Below are positions 35,050 to 45,939 of a stretch of 64,000 bases of DNA, in pieces (the stretch's first letter is position 1; every line of letters begins with the position of its first letter). The notes beneath the pieces are model-generated. The model saw nothing but the letters and a program-made list of their open reading frames with translations. It did not search any database and was not told the origin of the DNA. The translations under genes and the position numbers were made by a program. This stretch comes from Hydrolagus colliei (lineage: Eukaryota): NCBI GenBank assembly GCA_035084275.1, contig CM068745.1:87792001-87856000 (forward strand). The letters are read 5' to 3'.

Positions 35050-36480
35050 TTTATGGACTCCCATAAAAGACTCCCCGGCAAGTCGCGGCTATGGCAGCTA
35101 TGTCAACGTTTCGGGTCCACGAACCCACCCGGAGTCGGGACCGGTTCCGAGCCCCGATCCCGACAAGAGGGTCGTGGACCCGAAGCGTCGAATCGCTTTT
35201 CCCTTCTCCATTCCTCCGCCCGTTTTGGGGTTGCGGATTCCCAGCACCCGGAGCACCGCGTTTCGCGTTTCTTTAGAAGAAAAAAAAAGATTTCAAACAG
35301 ATCCCGGGGATCCCTGGTTGGGAAGCGCTCCGAGACGTGGAGCGAGGGCGCCGTATAAAGCCAAGTTGTTGTAGTTGTTGTTGTTGTTGTAGATTTTTCC
35401 CCGGCTCGGTCGCGCGCCTTGTCGCGCGTGGAAACCCGCGGCTTGCTAGGCGTACATCCAGACCTTGCCTCCCACCCTTACACGTGGTAATCCCAGAGAC
35501 AAGATGGCCTGGAAATGGAGCGAGGGAGGAGGGAGGGAGCGCGTCAGGTTGAACAACAGTGACAGCACCACCCCCTCCCCACTCACCCCTGTCTCTTTAC
35601 CGTGTGTCGATGGCTCCCTGCCTCTCCCCCTCCTCTCCCCACTATGTCTTACTCGATGTGTATGTGTGAGTATATAATATATGTGTGTGTGTGTCTCCTC
35701 TTCGCCCTGTTGTTTCTCTCTCTCTCTCTCTCTCTCCCCCACTGTCACTCCTTTTTCTTCCCCTCCGCCTGTGTATGTATATATGTATGCATTATGTCTA
35801 TGTGTATGTATGTATTATGTATGTGTGTGTATCATGTATGTATTATGTACGTATGTAGTGTATGTATGTGTGTGTGGACACAGTACTCGGTGTATATATA
35901 ACTGTATTTGTAGACGTCCGCTGCCGCCAACCGTCCGGCCTCGCGCTCCCAGTTCAAATCTAGGAATCTACCATTTGCCATGTAAGCGGCGGGGGGGTGG
36001 TGGGAGGAGGCTGGCACCTTGTCCAATACGGTACAACAAACCCCCAAACCAGAACTGCGGTTCAACATAACCCCGCCCTCTCCCCCCCTATTTTTGCTCA
36101 TCAATGGTTCTTCCCATCCAACCCAGCCGCGATTCGCAGACGGTATGTGCACGCCAACTGATCACTTCCACAGACTGGCAGAGAGGAGATGGAGAGGAGG
36201 AGGGGGAGGTGGGAGGGCTCACCCGGTAATCCATTACCTGAGTGTGTGTCTATGTGTGTATGTGAAGAGCCTTTGAGCGGAGAACAAACACTGAATGAAT
36301 CACGTCTCAGGCTGTAGTCTCGGCCATCTTGACGTTCGTTTGTTTTTCTCCGCCGCGCTGTCTCACCAACCCGCGCGCATGCGTCGTGTGTTGATCTCCT
36401 GGGCTGACAGCGACCTGACAGAGAGGAGGAGGAGAGACAGGTCATCAGTCAACACACAACACACAGGCATGCAGCCCTGA
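35050..36480. promoter_or_regulatory. CpG-rich promoter / non-coding first-exon region of CIP2A
   Basis: High CpG density. The ATG exon starts at an acceptor (34640), so an upstream exon is required. Motifs: YY1-like CAAGATGGCCG (36331-36321, -), NRF1-like GCGCATGCG (36375-36383), donor CAG|GTAATG at 36238 (-), CHR-like TTTGAA on - at 35953-35958 and 35292-35297. Confidence 0.65.
35680..35890. repeat. Compound (TG)n/(TC)n/(TATG)n microsatellite
   Basis: Directly visible simple repeats. Confidence 0.9.
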
Positions 36481-36706
36481 GACAGCAACACACACAGAGA
36501 GAGAGAGAGAGAGATGGTGGTCAGGCAGGTCATCTGTGGAGAAAGGAAAGTGAGACAAAGGCCCTGGTCCACGACCCTTCATCGGGGATCCGAGAATTAT
36601 TTATGGCAGGAAAGGAGGCCATTCAGGCAATCCAGTCTGTGCCGGCTGCTGTTTGAAAAGATCTGGATCTGGATGAAAAGCGTCTCGGGGCCCCATCCGG
36701 ACTCAA

Positions 36707-39700
36707 CCCTCCAGGACTGCCATTCCCCCCCCCCCCCCACCTCCAGGACTGCCATTCCCCCCCCCCCCCCACCCCACCTCCAGGGCTGCCATTCTCCCCC
36801 CCCCCCCCCCACCCCACCTCCAGGGCTGCCATTCCCCCCCCCCCCCCCACCTCCAGGACTGCCATTCCCCCCCCCCCCCCCCCCACCTCCAGGACTGCCA
36901 TTCCCCCCCCCCCCCACCTCCAGGACTGCCGTTCTCCCCCCCCCCCCCCCCCCCACCTCCAGGGCTGCCATTCCCCCCCCCCCCCCACCTCCAGGGCTGC
37001 CATTCCCCCCCCCCCCCCACCACCACCTCCAGGACTGCCATTCCCCCCCCCCACCACCACCTCCAGGACTGCCATTCCACCCCCCCCACCACCACCTCCA
37101 GGACTGCCATTCCCCCCCCCCCACCACCACCTCCAGGACTGCCATTCCCCCCCCCCCCCCACCACCACCTCCAGGACTGCCATTCCCCCCCACCCCACCT
37201 CCAGGACTGCCATTCCCCCCCCCCCACCACCACCTCCAGGACTGCCATTCCCCCCCCCCCCCCCCACCACCACCTCCAGGACTGCCATTCCCCCCCCCCC
37301 ACCACCACCACCTCCAGGACTGCCATTCCCCCCCACCCCACCTCCAGGACTGCCATTCCCCCCCCCCCACCACCACCTCCAGGACTGCCATTCCCCCCCC
37401 CCCCCCCCACCACCACCTCCAGGACTGCCATTCCCCCCCCCCCACCACCACCTCCAGGACTGCCATTCCCCCCCCCCCACCACCACCTCCAGGACTGCCA
37501 TTCCCCCCCCCCCCCCACCACCACCTCCAGGACTGCCATTCCCCCCCACCCCACCTCCAGGACTGCCATTCCCCCCCCCCCACCACCACCTCCAGGACTG
37601 CCATTCCCCCCCCCCCCCCCCACCACCACCTCCAGGACTGCCATTCCCCCCCCCCCACCACCACCACCTCCAGGACTGCCATTCCCCCCCACCCCACCTC
37701 CAGGACTGCCATTCCCCCCCCCCCACCACCACCTCCAGGACTGCCATTCCCCCCCCCCCCCCCACCACCACCTCCAGGACTGCCATTCCCCCCCCCCCAC
37801 CACCACCTCCAGGACTGCCATTCCCCCCCCCCCCCCCCCACCTCCAGGACTGCCATTCCCCCCCCCCCCCCCACCACCACCACCTCCAGGACTGCCATTC
37901 CCCCCCCCCCACCTCCAGGACTGCCATTCCCCCCCCCCCCCCCCCCACCTCCAGGACTGCCATTCCCCCCCCCCCCCCCCCACCTCCAGGACTGCCATTC
38001 CCCCCCCCCCCCCCCCCCCCCCCACCTCCAGGACTGCCATTCCCCCCCCCCCCACCTCCAGGACTGCCGTTCTCCCCCCCCCCCCCCCCCACCTCCAGGA
38101 CTGCCATTCCCCCACCCCCCGCCTCCCCACCTCCAGGACTGCCATTCTCCCCCCCCCCACCTCCAGGACTGCCATTCCCCCCCCCCCCCCCCCCCACCAC
38201 CAGGACTGCCATTCCCCCCCCCCCCCCCCCCCCGCCTTCCCACCTCCAGGACTGCCATTCCCCCCCCCCCCCCGCACCTCCAGGACTGCCATTCACCCCC
38301 CCCCCCCCACCTCCAGGGCTGCCATTCCCCCCCCCCCCACCTCCAGGACTGCCATTCTCCCCCCCCCCACCTCCAGGACTGCCATTCCCCCCCCCCCCCC
38401 CCCCACCTCCAGGGCTGCCATTCCCCCCCCCCCCGCACCTCCAGGACTGCCATTCACCCCCCCCCCCCCCCCCACCACCAGGACTGCCATTCCCCCCCCC
38501 CCCCCCGCCTCCCCACCTCCAGGACTGCCATTCCCCCCCCCCCCGCACCTCCAGGACTGCCATTCACCCCCCCCCCCCACCTCCAGGGCTGCCATTCCCC
38601 CCCCCCCCCACCTCCAGGGCTGCCATTCCCCCCCCCCCACCTCCAGGGCTGCCATTCCCCCCCCCCCCCCCCCCCACCACCACCTCCAGGACTGCCATTC
38701 CCCCCCCCCCACCACCACCTCCAGGACTGCCATTCCCCCCCCCCCCCCACCACCACCTCCAGGACTGCCATTCCCCCCCCACCACCTCCAGGACTGCCAT
38801 TCCCCCCCCCCCCCCCCCCACCTCCAGGACTGCCATTCCCCCCCCCCCCCCCCCCACCTCCAGGACTGCCATTCCCCCCCCCCCCCCCCCCCCACCTCCA
38901 GGACTGCCATTCCCCCACCCCCCGCCTCCCCACCTCCAGGACTGCCATTCTCCCCCCCCCCACCTCCAGGACTGCCATTCCCCCCCCCCCCCCCCCCCCA
39001 CCACCAGGACTGCCATTCCCCCCCCCCCCCCCCCCCCCAGCCTTCCCACCTCCAGGACTGCCATTCCCCCCCCCCCCCCGCACCTCCAGGACTGCCATTC
39101 ACCCCCCCCCCCTCCCCCACCTCCAGGGCTGCCATTCCCCCCCCCCCACCTCCAGGACTGCCATTCCCCCCCCCCCCCCCCCCCCACCTCCAGGACTGCC
39201 ATTCCCCCCCCCACCCACCACCACCTCCAGGACTGCCATTCCCCCCCCCCCCCCCACCTCCAGGACTGCCATTCCCCCCCCCCCCCCCCCCCCCCACCAC
39301 CAGGACTGCCATTCCCCCCCCCCCCCCCGCCTCCCCACCTCCAGGACTGCCATTCCCCCCGCCTCCCCACCTCCAGCACTGCCATTCCCCCCCCCCCCCC
39401 CACCTCCAGGACTGCCATTCCCCCCCACCTCCAGGACTGCCATTCCCCCCCCCCCACCTCCAGGACTGCCGTTCTCCCCCCCCCCCCCCCCCCCCCACCT
39501 CCAGGACTGCCATTCCCCCACCCCCCGCCTCCCCACCTCCAGGACTGCCATTCCCCCCCCCCCCACCTCCAGGACTGCCGTTCTCCCCCCCCCCCCCCCC
39601 CCCCCCACCTCCAGGACTGCCATTCTCCCCCCCCCCACCTCCAGGACTGCCATTCCCCCCCCCCCCCCCCCCCCCCCCCACCTCCAGGGCTGCCATTCCC

Positions 39701-42700
39701 CCCCCCCCGCACCTCCAGGACTGCCATTCACCCCCCCCCCCCCCCCCCCCACCACCAGGACTGCCATTCCCCCCCCCCACCACCTCCAGGGCTGCCATTC
39801 CCCCCCCCCCCCACCTCCAGGTCTGCCATTCCCCCCCCCCCCACCTCCAGGGCTGCCATTCCCCCCCCCCCCCCACCACCACCTCCAGGACTGCCATTCC
39901 CCCCCCCCCCCCCCCCACCTCCAGGACTGCCATTCCCCCACCCCCCGCCTCCCCACCTCCAGGACTGCCATTCTCCCCCCCCCCACCTCCAGGACTGCCA
40001 TTCCCCCCCCCCCCCCCCCCCCCACCACCAGGACTGCCATTCCCCCCCCCCCCCCCCCCGCCTTCCCACCTCCAGGACTGCCATTCCCCCCCCCCCCCCG
40101 CACCTCCAGGACTGCCATTCACCCCCCCCCCCCTCCCCCACCTCCAGGGCTGCCATTCCCCCCCCCCCACCTCCAGGACTGCCATTCCCCCCCCCCCCCC
40201 CCCCCACCTCCAGGACTGCCATTCCCCCCCCCACCCACCACCACCTCCAGGACTGCCATTCCCCCCACCTCCAGGACTGCCATTCCCCCCCCCCCCCCCC
40301 CCCCCACCACCAGGACTGCCATTCCCCCCCCCCCCCCCCCGCCTCCCCACCTCCAGGACTGCCATTCCCCCCGCCTCCCCACCTCCAGCACTGCCATTCC
40401 CCCCCCCCCCCCCACCTCCAGGACTGCCATTCCCCCCCACCTCCAGGACTGCCATTCCCCCCCCCCCCACCTCCAGGACTGCCGTTCTCCCCCCCCCCCC
40501 CCCCCCCCCACCTCCAGGACTGCCATTCCCCCACCCCCCGCCTCCCCACCTCCAGGACTGCCATTCCCCCCCCCCCCACCTCCAGGACTGCCGTTCTCCC
40601 CCCCCCCCCCCCCCACCTCCAGGACTGCCATTCTCCCCCCCCCCACCTCCAGGACTGCCATTCCCCCCCCCCCCCCCCCCCCCACCTCCAGGGCTGCCAT
40701 TCCCCCCCCCCCGCACCTCCAGGACTGCCATTCACCCCCCCCCCCCCCCCCCCCACCACCAGGACTGCCATTCCCCCCCCCCACCACCTCCAGGGCTGCC
40801 ATTCCCCCCCCCCCCACCTCCAGGTCTGCCATTCCCCCCCCCCCACCTCCAGGGCTGCCATTCCCCCCCCCCCCCCACCACCACCTCCAGGACTGCCATT
40901 CCCCCCCCCCCACCACCACCTCCAGGACTGCCATTCCCCCCCCCCCCCCCACCACCACCTCCAGGACTGCCATTCCCCCCCCCCCCCCCCACCTCCAGGA
41001 CTGCCATTCCCCCNNNNNNNNNNNNNNNNNNNNNNNNNNNNNNNNNNNNNNNNNNNNNNNNNNNNNNNNNNNNNNNNNNNNNNNNNNNNNNNNNNNNNNN
41101 NNNNNNNNNNNNNNNNNNNNNNNNNNNNNNNNNNNNNNNNNNNNNCCATTCCCCCCCCCCCCCACCTCCAGGGCTGCCATTCCCCCCCCCCCACCTCCAG
41201 GGCTGCCATTCCCCCCCCCCCCACCTCCAGGGCTGCCATTCCCCCCCCCCCCACCTCCAGGGCTGCCATTCCACCCCCCCCCCCCCCCCACCTCCAGGAC
41301 TGCCATTCCCCCCCCCCCCCACCTCCAGGACTGCCATTCCCCCCCCCCCCACCTCCAGGACTGCCGTTCTCCCCCCCCCCCCCCCCCCCCCACCTCCAGG
41401 ACTGCCATTCCCCCACCTCCCCACCTCCAGGACTGCCATTCTCCCCCCCCCACCTCCAGGACTGCCATTCCCCCCCCCCCCCCCCCCACCTCCAGGGCTG
41501 CCATTCCCCCCCCCCCGCACCTCCAGGACTGCCATTCACCCCCCCCCCACCACCAGGACTGCCATTCCCCCCCCCCCCCCCCACCACCTCCAGGGCTGCC
41601 ATTCCCCCCCCCCCCACCTCCAGGGCTGCCATTCCCCCCCCCCCACCTCCAGGGCTGCCATTCCACCCCCCCCCCCCCCCCACCTCCAGGACTGCCATTC
41701 CCCCCCCCCCCCACCTCCAGGACTGCCATTCCCCCACCCCCCGCCTCCCCACCTCCAGGACTGCCATTCTCCCCCCCCCACCTCCAGGACTGCCATTCCC
41801 CCCCCCCCCCCCCCCACCTCCAGGGCTGCCATTCCCCCCCCCCCGCACCTCCAGGACANNNNNNNNNNNNNNNNNNNNNNNNNNNNNNNNNNNNNNNNNN
41901 NNNNNNNNNNNNNNNNNNNNNNNNNNNNNNNNNNNNNNNNNNNNNNNNNNNNNNNNNNNNNNNNNNNNNNNNNNNNNNNNNNNNNNNNNNNNNNNNNNNN
42001 NNNNNNNNNNNNNNNNNNNNNNNNNNNNNNNNNNNNNNNNNNNNNNNNNNNNNNNNNNTCCCCCCACCACCACCTCCAGGGCTGCCATTCCCCCCCCCCC
42101 CACCCCACCTCCAGGACTGCCATTCCCCCCCCCCCCACCCCACCTCCAGGACTGCCATTCCCCCCCACCCCACCTCCAGGACTGCCATTCCCCCCCCCAC
42201 CCCCCCCCCCACCTCAGGGCTGCCATTCCCCCCCCCCCCACCTCCAGGACTGCCATCCCCCCCCCCCACCTCCAGGGCTGCCATTCCCCCCCCCCCCCCC
42301 CCCACCTCCAGGACTGCCATTCCCCCCACCTCCAGGACTGCCATTCCCCCCCCCCCCCCACCTCCAGGACTGCCATTCCCCCCCCCCCCCACCTCCAGGA
42401 CTGCCATTCCCCCCCACCCCACCTCCAGGACTGCCATTCCCCCCCCACCCACCCCCCACCTCCAGGGCTGCCATTCCCCCCCCCCCCACCTCCAGGACTG
42501 CCATCCCCCCCCCCCACCTCCAGGGCTGCCATTCCCCCCCCCCCCCCCCCCCCACCTCCAGGACTGCCATTCCCCCCCCCCCCCCCCCACCTCCAGGACT
42601 GCCATTCCCCCCCCCCCCCACCTCCAGGACTGCCATTCCCCCCCCCCCACCTCCAGGACTGCCATTCCCCCCCCCCCCCCCACCTCCAGGACTGCCATTC

Positions 42701-43960
42701 CCCCCCCCCCCCCCCCCACCTCCAGGACTGCCATTCCCCCCCCCCCCCCCCCCACCACCTCCAGGGCTGCCATTCCCCCCCACCCCACCTCCAGGACTGC
42801 CATTCCCCCCCCCCCCCCACCACCACCTCCAGGACTGCCATTCCCCCCCCCCCCCCCCCCCCCACCACCTCCAGGACTGCCATTCCCCCCCCCCCCCCCC
42901 CACCACCTCCAGGACTGCCATTCCCCCCCCCCCCCCCACCACCACTCCAGGACTGCCATTCCCCCCCCCCCCCCACCACCACCTCCAGGACTGCCATTCC
43001 CCCCCCCCCCACCACCACCTCCAGGACTGCCATTCCCCCCCCCCCCCCCCACCTCCAGGGCTGCCATCCCCCCCCCCCACCTCCAGGGCTGCCATTCCCC
43101 CCCCCCCCACCACCACCTCCAGGACTGCCATTCCCCCTCCCCCCCCCCCCCCCACCTCCAGGGCTGCCATCCCCCCCCCCCCCACCTCCAGGGCTGCCAT
43201 TCTCCCCCCCCCACCACCACCTCCAGGACTGCCATTCTCCCCCCCCCACCACCACCTCCAGGACTGCCATTCTCCCCCACCTCCAGGACTGCCATTCCCC
43301 CCCCCCACCACCACCACCTCCAGGACTGCCATTCCCCCCCCCCACCACCACCACCTCCAGGACTGCCATTCCCCCCCCCACCACCACCACCTCCAGGACT
43401 GCCATTCTCCCCCCCCCCCCCCCACCTCCAGGACTGCCATTCTCCCCCCCCCCCCCACCTCCAGGACTGCCATTTCCCCCCCCCCCCCACCTCCAGGACT
43501 GCCATTCCCCCCCCCCCCCCCCCCCACCTCCAGGACTGCCATTCCCCCCCCCCCACCTCCAGGACTGCCATTCCCCCCCTCCCCCCCCCCACCTCCAGGA
43601 CTGCCATTCCCCCCACCACCACCTCCAGGACTGCCATTCCCCCCCCCCCCCACCACCACCTCCAGGACTGCCATTCCCCCCCACCTCCAGGGCTGCCATT
43701 CCCCCCCCATCCCGTCCCCCCACCTCCAGGACTGCCATTCCCCCCCACCCCCAGGACTGCCATTCCCCCCCCCTCCCACTGCCTCCAGGACTTCCATTCC
43801 CACCCGCCTCCAGGATTTCCATTCTCTCTCCCCCCCACCTCCAGGACTTGCATCCTCTCTCCCCACCCCACTGCCTCCAGGACTTCCATTCCCCCCCCCC
43901 ACCCACCTCCAGGACTTCCATCTTCTCTCCCACTCCGTCCCCAGGACTTCTATCCCCCCC
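36707..43960. repeat. ~7.2 kb minisatellite, unit CACCTCCAGGRCTGCCATTC + variable (C)n/(CCA)n spacer; two N gaps (41014-41145, 41859-42058)
   Basis: An estimated 200 or more tandem units with an almost invariant ~20-nt core. Units degenerate at the right edge (from about 43730). Confidence 0.98.
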
Positions 43961-44812
43961 CCACCCCATCCTCTCTACCATCCGCTCTACCATCTTCCCC
44001 ACCACACAGATTTCCATCCGCCAATCAAGCTACTCCTTGAATGAGTTCTCGTGTCCTCCCCCCCCCCCCCACCTACCCACCCATCTCCACCACCTTTCCT
44101 GCCAACCTTGCTCCGCGTTGATTTCCCTCTGAATAACGAAACAACAACAACTTTGATTTATATAGCGCTCTCCACGACCGGACGGCTTCTCAGAGCGATA
44201 ATATTGCTGTATCCTAAAGCATCGAGTTTACTTTTACAATGCCATTGGAAATTTAAACGGCTCTATGAGTCGTCTTCTTGGATGCCATGTTTGCCTTTGC
44301 AATTTACAGGATGTGCCGAAAGGCCTCCTTAATCCCAAACTAATTGTGAATGGGTTTTGGGGGAAATTTAGGGAATCTGCTTCTGACGTCCCATACGGAG
44401 CAGTTGAAAACTTGAATTTTACAGCGGAGAGCCCCATATCCACAATAATCGGTATTAGCTCCCATGTGGATATGTAAACAAGTTATCTTTCAAAATGCAA
44501 TGTGCAGTACTGATCAAAAATCAGGAGCTACACTGTCACTATCATACACAAAATGCGAACCATTCTCACTCGTATACTCACAGATCAACCCTTTTCTCTG
44601 CCCACACATGAAGATTCTCTGAGATATTCTGTGACTGTCTCAGACTGCCACCTCCGATTAAGTGGAAGGATGCCATCTGGAAGGAGTCAGTCCTCTGCTG
44701 TGGTTGTCCTAGCTGGATCATACAGCGTGAATCTTGTCAGACAATATATGCAAAGTTAAGCAGTGCAGTTTTCACTCATTAAACCAGCAGTACCCCATCC
44801 TAAGGTCCCAGG

Positions 44813-45309
44813 TAGGGTCCCGTCGATTTGGAAATTTTCCGATATCGATATATCGGTGGGCTCATATCAATATATATCAATATTTCCGGGATTTTTAATA
44901 CTGCACATGCGCGCGCATTCGGAGGGGTGCCCGCATTTGGGGGGATGCGCACATTCAGGGGTGTGCGCGCATTCGGGGGTACACACACATTCGGGGGTAC
45001 GCGCTCATTCGGGGGCATGTGCGCATTCGGAGGTGCGCTCACATTCCAGTGTGCACGCGCATTCGGGGGTGCGAGCGCATTCCATGCTCTAGGCCCTGGA
45101 GGTTTGCAATGCCGGCGACAAGGTAAGTTGGAAAAGTTTGCTTTATACCGATAATACCGATATATCGCTGGAAACGATATACCGATATTTACAATATTTT
45201 TTAGATAGAATTTTTCTATATATCGATATATTTTAAATTCTGATATCAGCATATCAATATGAAAAATTATATTGATATAACCGATATATCGATATATTGC
45301 CGGACACTA
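44813..45309. mobile_element. hAT-like MITE with internal ~18-bp GCGCATTCGG tandem repeats
   Basis: Imperfect TIRs TAGGGTCCCG / (reverse complement) TAGTGTCCGG, ATATCGATAT subterminal repeats, 8-bp flanks gtcccagg / gttgcagg (6/8 match, consistent with a decayed hAT TSD). Confidence 0.75.
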
Positions 45310-45386
45310 GTTGCAGGTAAGGGGAAATTTAAATGTATAGTTGACAAGCATGTTTGGAGCTCTCAGTCAGGTTAGATACTTTTTTA

Positions 45387-45677
45387 AGGTGACAAGTGGG
45401 GTAAAAAATAAAAATATTTTTTGTGTCAAAGTATACTTTGAACTATATACTTTCATAAATAAACTGTTTGGTGAAATAAACTTATTTCCAAATATATGGT
45501 AAAGAATAAGAATTCAACAATAAAACTTATGTCATATGTGACATTCCCTATATTTCTTTGGAAATAAGTTTATTTCACCAATCGAAACAGTTTATTTCTG
45601 AAAGTATATAGTTTGACATGAAAGTACACTTTGACATGAAAAAATATATTTTTTATTTTTTACCCCACTTGCCACCT
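45387..45677. mobile_element. Near-palindromic (fold-back) MITE
   Basis: aggtgacaagtggggtaaaaaataaaaa...ttttattttttaccccacttgccacct, with internal arms (aaactgttt/gtgaaataaacttatttccaaa) mirrored across the centre. Confidence 0.8.
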
Positions 45678-45939
45678 ATCAGGTGTTTTTCTACACATGG
45701 CAGCCTGCTGACAAAATAAAACTTCTCCAAAGGTGTATTTTTTGCTCTCTGGTTCCGACTCTGTAAATGCCTGATTTAGATTGCCATCTGACATGCTGAT
45801 TTTCATTCAGATTAAAATAGTTGATGTGAGAGAAATTAGTCTCTTAGATCCTCCACAATGTGGCATTAGTGAGCCACATGGTCAATCATGAGTATGACCA
45901 TGGAGTTTTAGGTTTGAGTTCTGAGAGGAGAGAGGTGTT

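Noticed and set aside
36514-44040. 2508-aa proline-rich ORF resembling a formin FH1 domain or extensin, plus the Gly-rich minus-strand ORFs
   Set aside because: It is the minisatellite read through. The frame changes with each C-run length, there is no domain context or splice structure, and it spans N gaps.
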